From positions 14,315-78,314 of the forward strand of contig JAAYNC010000062.1 in NCBI GenBank assembly GCA_012521055.1: a stretch of 64,000 bases of DNA. Reading direction: 5' to 3'. The position numbers were made by a program, and so were the translations under genes. This DNA comes from Eubacteriales Family XIII. Incertae Sedis bacterium (lineage in GTDB: Bacteria > Bacillota > Clostridia > Peptostreptococcales > Anaerovoracaceae). Position 1 is the stretch's first letter. Every line of letters starts with the position of its first letter. This document shows positions 57,790 through 64,000 of the stretch, piece after piece. A model generated the notes under the pieces. The model searched no databases. It was not told the DNA's origin and saw only the letters and a list, made by a program, of their open reading frames with translations.

Positions 57790-58410
57790 CTATGATTTAC
57801 CGGCTAATCTGTAGGCATACACCACTACTTCCATTCGATTGGACATATTCAGCTTGGAAAGAATACTGCTTACATGTTTTTTCGCAGTCCCTTCGGAGAT
57901 AAAAAGGTTGTTGCCTATCTGCGAATTCGTGAGACCCTTGCTCAGTTCTGCCAGCACTTCCAACTCCCTGTTGGTAAGAAGGCAAATACCGTCCCGTTCT
58001 TTGTCGCTCAATGCTTTCTCCACCAATTTGGCAGGATAATATTTTTCTCCTCTAAGAATCAAGCTATATGCATATTTCAGGTCATCCGCATCCGCTTCTT
58101 TCAGGAGATAGCCTTCTACATCGAGATCTTTTGCCCTGCGAAATTCAAAGATGCTGATGGTGGATGCCAACAAAATGATCTTCGGAGAACTTTCACCCGG
58201 AGCCTTGATACAAGAAATCAAATCGAATCCGCTACCGTCTTTTAAGTGCAGATCTACAAAAATAACGTCGATGGGATTTGTCTTGCAAAGCTCTATGGCC
58301 TCTTTTACGGTTGCTGCTTCAATAAACTGCTGATCTGCTCGTTCGTAATGGAGAACATGCATAATCCCCTTCCTTATCAAGGGCTGATCATCTACAATGA
58401 GAATCCTCAA
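57790..58410 (-). CDS. NarL/LuxR-type response regulator with no adjacent kinase
   Basis: Receiver domain (ILIVDDQPL, FVDLHLKDGSG) plus a LuxR HTH (LTNRELEVLAELSKGLTNSQIGNNLFISEGTAKKHV). TTG start after GGAGG. Confidence 0.88.
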   Translation of the reverse strand: MRILIVDDQPLIRKGIMHVLHYERADQQFIEAATVKEAIELCKTNPIDVIFVDLHLKDGSGFDLISCIKAPGESSPKIILLASTISIFEFRRAKDLDVEGYLLKEADADDLKYAYSLILRGEKYYPAKLVEKALSDKERDGICLLTNRELEVLAELSKGLTNSQIGNNLFISEGTAKKHVSSILSKLNMSNRMEVVVYAYRLAGKS

Positions 58411-58619
58411 ATTTCCTTAACCTCCGTGGATAAATCCAATAGATGAAAGGGTTAGACTATCTGTTCTTTTAGTAAAATTTTATAAATCAAATGCATGTGA
58501 GGCAACATTTTTCGGTAGACAAATAAAGGCGTAAACCGCTTATCTCCAATGGTTTTCGGCGTATTCCGACACGATGTTACAACAAATGTTGTCAGCCATT
58601 GTAAAAAGCCGTAGACACG

Positions 58620-58670
58620 AAAAAAATGCCGGCCACCGAATATAATCTTTGACGTCATTCAGTGACCGGC
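58620..58670 (-). terminator. Rho-independent terminator after putP
   Basis: The minus strand has GCCGGUCACU-23 nt-GGUGGCCGGC (10 bp including 2 GU pairs) followed by a U7 run. Confidence 0.6.
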
Positions 58671-58748
58671 ACTTTATATAGAACTGTTTAAATATGTAAT
58701 TGATTTAACTGTATTGCATTGTAAAATTGCGAATTGCATTTTCTCATA

Positions 58749-60314
58749 TTATTCCAATGTAAGCCTTCTCGCCTCTTCGAACTCTTCGATGACGCTCTCA
58801 TCCGGCTCTTTGGAAAGTTTGGATACGACGATAATGAACAGACATGAAATGACAAATGCCGGGAACAGCTCATAAATGCCAAAGACGCCGCCCATAGGTT
58901 TCAACAATAATTTCCATATGAACACCATGCCTCCGCCGCTGAGCATGCCTGCAATTGCCCCTGCTCTGGTCACGCGTTTCCAGAACAAAGAGAACAGCAT
59001 AATAGGCCCGAAGGTGGCTCCAAAACCGGCCCAGGCAAAAGAAACGACTATGAATATCACGCTATTTTCATCCATGGCGATGATCATGGAGCAGATAGCA
59101 ATAATAATCAAAGTAATCCTTGTGCAATATAGAACTGTTTTGTCTGAAGCTTCTTTCTTAAATATGCCCTGGAAAATGTTCTTGGAAAAAGCAGATGCGG
59201 CGATCAGCAAATATGAATCGGAAGAACTGATGGTAGCCGCTAAAATACCCGCCATTACAATTCCTGCAATCAAAGGTATGAAGAAACTGGTTGAAAGCAG
59301 GATAAACACGTTCTCCGCGGAACTCTGGGTCAGGAAGGTGCTGGGATAAAGGGCTCTTCCAATGATGCCGATGAACACTGCGGCGAAAAGGGAAATGGCA
59401 CACCATATTATGGCGATTCTTCTAGACATTTTCAGTTCTGAAGGATTTTTAATGGCCATAAACTTCAAGAGCACCTGAGGCATGCCAAAATAGCCCAGAC
59501 CCCAGGAAAGTGTTGAGATTATGGTCAGGAATCCGTACGGTGCAGCGTCTCCAAAGAGAGGCTTTCCACCCTCTCCTATCTGCTGAACGCCATCAGCCAG
59601 AATAGGTTGTGCGATTCCAAAAAACTCAAAGAATCCGGGAATCTGCTGCACATTTTCAATTACCGCGGATATGCCTCCGGCGGCGCTGACTCCTGCAATC
59701 ATAACGATCGCCAATGAGAAGAACATGATTACCCCTTGCATGAAATCCGAAGCGCTTTCGGCCAGGAATCCGCCGATATATGTATAAAAGACTACAAAGA
59801 CCGCTCCGGCAATCATCATGTATTGATACTTTGTCCCGAACAAAGTGCTGAAGAGCTTACCCATTGTTACCAGGCAGCTCGCTGCGTAAACCGTGAAGAA
59901 AATAAGAATAAATAAAGCCGCAATCGTCATAATAACTTTTTTGTTCTCTTTAAACCGGTTGCTGAAAAAGTCAGGGATAGTTATAGCATCACCTGCAACG
60001 ACAGTATAGTTGCGTAGTCTCTTTGAAACGAAAAGCCAGTTAAGATATGTACCGATCAAAAGACCTATGGCAGTCCAGGCAGCATCGCTAAGGCCGTACC
60101 AATAGGCTACGCCAGGCAATCCCATAAGGAGCCAACCGCTCATATCCGAAGCTTCTGCTCCCATGGCGATGATCCAAGGTCCGAGTGACCTACCTCCTAT
60201 CAGATAATTATCGCTGCTTTCTCCCGCTCTCTTGGCGTAATATACGCCGATACCGATTACCACTGCCATATAGAGCACCATGGCTATGAAAATCTGTCCT
60301 TTGTCCCCAATCAT
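58749..60314 (-). CDS. putP: sodium:proline symporter (SSS family)
   Basis: 521-aa polytopic protein with a PutP-like N-terminus (YLIGGRSLGPWIIAMGAEASDMSGWLLMGLPG). Confidence 0.85.
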   Translation of the reverse strand: MIGDKGQIFIAMVLYMAVVIGIGVYYAKRAGESSDNYLIGGRSLGPWIIAMGAEASDMSGWLLMGLPGVAYWYGLSDAAWTAIGLLIGTYLNWLFVSKRLRNYTVVAGDAITIPDFFSNRFKENKKVIMTIAALFILIFFTVYAASCLVTMGKLFSTLFGTKYQYMMIAGAVFVVFYTYIGGFLAESASDFMQGVIMFFSLAIVMIAGVSAAGGISAVIENVQQIPGFFEFFGIAQPILADGVQQIGEGGKPLFGDAAPYGFLTIISTLSWGLGYFGMPQVLLKFMAIKNPSELKMSRRIAIIWCAISLFAAVFIGIIGRALYPSTFLTQSSAENVFILLSTSFFIPLIAGIVMAGILAATISSSDSYLLIAASAFSKNIFQGIFKKEASDKTVLYCTRITLIIIAICSMIIAMDENSVIFIVVSFAWAGFGATFGPIMLFSLFWKRVTRAGAIAGMLSGGGMVFIWKLLLKPMGGVFGIYELFPAFVISCLFIIVVSKLSKEPDESVIEEFEEARRLTLE

Positions 60315-60489
60315 AAGCTACTCCTTGTCTAATTTCTTGTAGAATCCATAAAACATGTATACATTAATGCAATATGTTTTTAACTTTATCACATTATCAC
60401 TCAACTTTAAATATCCCTATTTGAAAAACTTGTATTTGCCCTCAATTTACATTTAATGTCTGGCGCATTCTACAAATATCGGACTGAAA

Positions 60490-60812
60490 GCAGCGACAGC
60501 TAATTATCAAACTAAAACATCGCTGCCCTTCTCGAGCCAGGTCAACGAAATCTTCATCAGAAGCAAAATCGTCGATGCTTTTTCCTGACAGAGTCAACGA
60601 AATCCCCACCCGAAGCAAAATTATCGATGCCTTTCCCTAGCGAAGTCAACGATAACCTTAATCGGAACCAAATCGTCGATGTTTTTTTCTGACAGAGTCA
60701 ACGAAATCCCCACCCGAAGCAAAATTATCGATGCTTTTTCTTGACAAAGTCAACGATATATATCAACTAAATCGTGTTATCGTTGCTCACTTTCATGAAA
60801 ATCAACGCGTGA
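60490..60812. repeat. array of six full and one partial 52-bp tandem units, each with an internal dyad
   Basis: Units start at 60490 (divergent), 60541, 60593, 60645, 60697, 60749, and 60801 (partial). The consensus is GTCAACGAAA-N~18-AAATCGTCGATGCTTTTTCCTGACAGA. Units 60593 and 60697 are almost identical. The period is not a multiple of 3 and all frames contain stops. Confidence 0.9.
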
Positions 60813-60918
60813 GTTGTATTGGGCATCTGAAAGACACCAACTACAGATTCTATTTTTGTAACATTATCTGGGCAGAGTCGTAATATATACCAAAGTTTTA
60901 TATAACCGGAGGTACGTC

Positions 60919-61839
60919 ATGTTGTCCAATCGTGAATTTGTGAGAGAATCTCTCGGCTTACATCTGTTTTTCGCCCGCATCATGAAAGAGCACGCCTTTT
61001 TCATGGAAATCGGATTTACACCAAAGGACAGAAACTTTACTGAAGCAGCAGATGCATTTAGAATTGCCTTTGATCGTATTTTGGAAGAAGTAATCCGACT
61101 TTCTGATTGTTCCATCGGAGCCGAATATCTGGACTCAGAAGAAGCAATCACACCATACACATTAAGAGCTGAAGAAGCTTCCATCTTCTACACCGGAGTT
61201 CGCATCAACACCGAGCTGACAAGGATGGAAAGCGAACTGTCAGCCGACGGACAATGCCGTGAAGATAATATGAAGGTTCAAAGAGTACACGATCTCAATC
61301 AAAGAATTATCGATTTACTCAGCCGGTTCATAGATTTCAAAATGAGAGTTTTGGATGATATGCTGACATGCAAAATGTTCACCGTAAATTACCCCTTACT
61401 GATAGACCATATTATGCGAGAAGCCATCTTGTACAGAATGCTATTGCAAAGGCTGAATGAAAATGAAGAGGTCGACATTGAACGGGAAGCAATCGAACAG
61501 GAAATGTTCTGGAATAGAATTATGGCAGAGCATTCCTTGTTTATTCGTGGCCTTCTCGATCCTACAGAAAACGATTTAATCGTAGCCGCAAACAACTTCG
61601 GCAATGAATTCAATGCTCTCTATGAAAGATCAAGAGAAGCCATGGACCTGACAATGTCTATATCCCAGTTAACCCAGGACAGTCTGGATGCTACAATGAG
61701 AATAAGCGAATTCAACGCGCAAGGCACCCAAGGCATTTTGGATTGCAAAGTACGGTCCATCATCATTCCGTTGCTTGGAGACCATGTATTAAGAGAATCT
61801 AATCATTTTATAAGGTTGTTAAGGAAATATTCCGGATAA
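60919..61839 (+). CDS. DUF2935-like two-repeat helical protein (tentative)
   Basis: There are two internal repeats of the pattern hFaRIMkEHahFh (LHLFFARIMKEHAFFMEIG and EMFWNRIMAEHSLFIRGL). The family assignment is from memory. Confidence 0.55.
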   Translation: MLSNREFVRESLGLHLFFARIMKEHAFFMEIGFTPKDRNFTEAADAFRIAFDRILEEVIRLSDCSIGAEYLDSEEAITPYTLRAEEASIFYTGVRINTELTRMESELSADGQCREDNMKVQRVHDLNQRIIDLLSRFIDFKMRVLDDMLTCKMFTVNYPLLIDHIMREAILYRMLLQRLNENEEVDIEREAIEQEMFWNRIMAEHSLFIRGLLDPTENDLIVAANNFGNEFNALYERSREAMDLTMSISQLTQDSLDATMRISEFNAQGTQGILDCKVRSIIIPLLGDHVLRESNHFIRLLRKYSG

Positions 61840-61890
61840 AACCTAAAATTAACCATATTATTAACATAGCTGTTAACATACAAATTTATC

Positions 61891-61936
61891 GGGACGGCCC
61901 TCTTCGATTTGTACGGGCAAATCAAAGAACCGTCCC
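61891..61936. terminator. composite hairpin between convergent genes
   Basis: GGGACGG...CCGTCCC encloses GATTTG-6 nt-CAAATC. The T-runs are weak on both sides. Confidence 0.4.
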
Positions 61937-61943
61937 TTTAGAT

Positions 61944-62942
61944 TTACGTTAATTTTTCTTCACCGATATCTACTATCAAATCCTCGTCTGATTCATCAGG
62001 ATGGAATATTAGCTCACTATTTGACTCGGTTGTAAAGCTTATCTTTTTCCCCTTGACTATAACATTTTCACCGATTTCAATAATTGCCTGCGGGGAATTA
62101 ATATCGATGGTGGGAAGAATATCTATTAAGTCCGTCCCGCCGACAGCAAAGGATTTTATAGTAATATCGCCGGCAGAGTATTCACTTCCCTCCTCGACAT
62201 GTGCGAGGATTTTTACCCCGTCCTTGATGTACAACCGTTCGCCCTGTATCAATATGGCGCCCGAAGTGGCCACGGATTTCCCGTCTAAATAATCCTTCGA
62301 AGATCCTTCCTCTTCCTCAACTTTCCGGGTGGTGATGGTAACTCCTTCTTTGATGATAATCTCTTCGAAAGGTTTATTAAATATCCCCTCTTCCGCTGAT
62401 TCGATACCTAGGTTATAGCCCGGGTATATCAGGTCCTGTGCTATCACCGCCTTCTTGTTCAGGCTGATCCAGCTTCCGGAAACACCCTTGTCCTTTGGAG
62501 CCAGGTAAAAGTCCAAGTCATATTTTTTTTCAACTAAAATTGAATCATGTGTTATTTGGAAAGTCCATTCGTACGATTCATATTGATTCCCGTTTATATC
62601 AACTTTAACTTTATAATTATCCTCATCTAATGGAAATTCGTTTAATTTCCAAAAGTAAAATTCATAATAGCCATCGTCATATTCATGAGATCCGCAAGCT
62701 CCATTGTCAAACTCACGTTCTTTGTTTTCATCCGAAGTTCCTATTATGTAATTGCCATTCTCATCCAAGAAACTTACAACAATATCAATATTTTCATCTT
62801 TAATGGCTTCTTTAGTTAAGCTATCATAAAGGGTACCGGAAATAATAATAATATAGTCTTGATCTGGAGTGCTTTGGATTCCAACTTCATCCGTACCAGG
62901 TTCCCCGGCATCTTCGCCTGCCTGACCTGTTTCTACACTCAA
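61944..62942 (-). pseudogene. 5'-truncated gene for an acidic beta-rich (possibly surface) protein, fused in frame to the IS200 remnant
   Basis: The 999-nt frame has no ATG codon at all, and the ORF-track start is a TTG. The frame stays open upstream to 63065 through tnpA-derived sequence. There is no signal peptide. Confidence 0.6.
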
Positions 62943-63360
62943 TTTGTTTAAAGCAATGTCATGCTTCTCCTGCTCTTGGATGTACTTTTTTATCGTTTCC
63001 TCGTTGAGGCCAACTGTGCTGACATAATACCCTTCTGCCCAAAAGTGACGATTGCTAAATTTGTATTATATTATAAGTTTGCATGTTTATCCGAACATCA
63101 TGACTTTTCCCTTTGAGATATCCCATGAAGCTTGAAACGCTAATTTTAGGTGGTATACTTACCAGCAGATGAACGTGATCCGGCATCATGTGTCCTTCGA
63201 TTATCTCTACTCCCTTGTATTTACTTAGCAGTTGGATTATCTCTTTCAAGCTTTCACGGTATTGATAATAGATCATCTTTCGTCCATACTTTGGGGTGAA
63301 CACTATGTGATATTTGCACATCCATTTTGTTCGAGCTAAGCTATGGGCTTTATTGGCCAT
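62934..63360 (-). pseudogene. tnpA: IS200/IS605-family Y1 transposase (tnpA) with frameshifts
   Basis: MANKAHSLARTKWMCKYHIVFTPKY...PDHVHLLVSIPPKISVSSFMGYLKGKS, then the frame is lost. The rest (YKFSNRHFWAEGYYVSTVGLNEETIKKYIQEQEKHDIALNKL) is in another frame at 62940-63065. Confidence 0.85.
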
Positions 63361-63516
63361 TAAAATCGCCTTTTCTTTCGTCACAAAGTGGCTTGAACAC
63401 TCCACATTATAACGGAAAGGGGATTTTTTTGTATAACTATTGACGCGCACCCGCATAGCGGGTGGTTTTCTGTTTCGCACGCTTTGCGTGCTCAACTGGC
63501 TTATAAGCCTGTAAAT
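62934..63516 (-). mobile_element. decayed IS200-like element (left end with hairpins; right end missing or truncated)
   Basis: The approximately 155-nt left end upstream of tnpA contains hairpins (CCCGC-ATA-GCGGG and GCACGC-TTT-GCGTGC). No tnpB is present. The 3' boundary runs into the ATG-less ORF. Confidence 0.6.
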
Positions 63517-63519
63517 AAA

Positions 63520-63546
63520 AATCAAAAGGGACAATCCCTTTTGATT
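63520..63546 (-). repeat. palindromic terminator-like element, copy 2
   Basis: AATCAAAAGGGA-CAA-TCCCTTTTGATT plus a T-run lies 10 nt after the stop of the 63556 gene and abuts the IS200 left end. Confidence 0.7.
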
Positions 63547-63555
63547 TTTGTGATA

Positions 63556-64000
63556 TTAAAATGAACTGTTGCCGGCGATTTTTTGTAAAGAGGTGCAGGG
63601 AATAAATCTCGGCGGCCTTATATCATTCAGATTGCCTTTATAAACTACCTGGCCGTTAATATCAAGCAAGTTCTGAGGTCTGACCAGGTTCCGGGGTACC
63701 CTAAAATCCACAATACCGCTTTCTTTTAAGACATGATAAACAAATTCAGAACATAGAAACCTATGATCATAGCACACAGTTTTTTGTAAAAAGTTATATA
63801 GCAGACCCATATAGTTGTATTTATAAAGATATCTATAAGTAATAAAATGATCGAGCAAAACCTTTACCTTTTTATACTGCAACGCTGTAACTTTAACCTC
63901 AATTATCAGACAAGGCACATATTTGCAATATTTGTAAACACCTTTATTGACCTCTTCCTGCTTAAAACCTCCAACAAATGGATTCCAGGCATATATTCTG
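63556..64000 (-). CDS. hypothetical protein, possibly a permuted papain-like (YiiX/DUF830-like) enzyme; the 5' end lies outside the window
   Basis: The frame is open to the window edge (RIYAWNPFVGGFKQEEV...). The FLCSEFVYHVLKESG segment resembles the Cys motif of YiiX-like proteins; this is a weak match from memory. Confidence 0.4.
   Translation of the reverse strand, partial: RIYAWNPFVGGFKQEEVNKGVYKYCKYVPCLIIEVKVTALQYKKVKVLLDHFITYRYLYKYNYMGLLYNFLQKTVCYDHRFLCSEFVYHVLKESGIVDFRVPRNLVRPQNLLDINGQVVYKGNLNDIRPPRFIPCTSLQKIAGNSSF

Noticed and set aside
58452-58882. ORFs 58452-58658 (68 aa) and 58688-58882 (64 aa) between the regulator and putP
   Set aside because: One overlaps the putP terminator and promoter region and the other overlaps the putP 3' end. 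Neither has an RBS or motif, and their composition looks non-coding.
60490-60812. Possible CRISPR array
   Set aside because: The whole 52-bp unit is conserved and two units are near-identical end to end, so there is no unique spacer between short repeats. No cas genes or leader occur within the window. It is reported instead as a tandem dyad-bearing repeat.

Overview
The window is a chromosomal segment from an endospore-forming Firmicute that looks Clostridia-like, at roughly 40-45% GC by eye. About 90% of the genes are on the minus strand. From 0 to 48 kb it is mostly conserved housekeeping and sporulation content. This includes alaS, nifS/nifU, spo0A, spoIVB, comEA, a spoIVFA/spoIVFB-like pair joined to the TIGR03960/TIGR03936 radical-SAM pair, obg, rpmA, rplU, recA with a LexA box, cinA, pgsA, rimO, ftsK, uppP, asd-dapA-dapB, rpmF, ackA, the ylbM/ylbJ/coaD/rsmD cluster, an alpha/beta SASP gene, recG, rpmB, and a his operon that has a fused hisZ-hisG and no hisH. 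From 48 to 64 kb the content looks accessory and holds the most interesting features. (i) There are two tandem small-then-large aconitase-family dehydratase pairs behind a long, repeat-rich AT leader. (ii) There is a tapA-sipW-tasA-like fibre locus with three proteins carrying SipW-class signal peptides. Its SipW-type peptidase is fused to a roughly 270-aa polytopic membrane domain. The locus also has a bitopic membrane protein and an orphan NarL-type response regulator. (iii) There is a non-coding array of six to seven 52-bp tandem units, each with an internal dyad, between putP and a DUF2935-like gene. (iv) There are two decayed insertion sequences. One is an IS30 with its catalytic core deleted, between recA and rplU. 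The other is a frameshifted IS200 tnpA fused in frame to an ORF that contains no ATG. No rRNA, tRNA or CRISPR array was seen. All functional calls come from reading the translations and motifs by eye; no database search was run.
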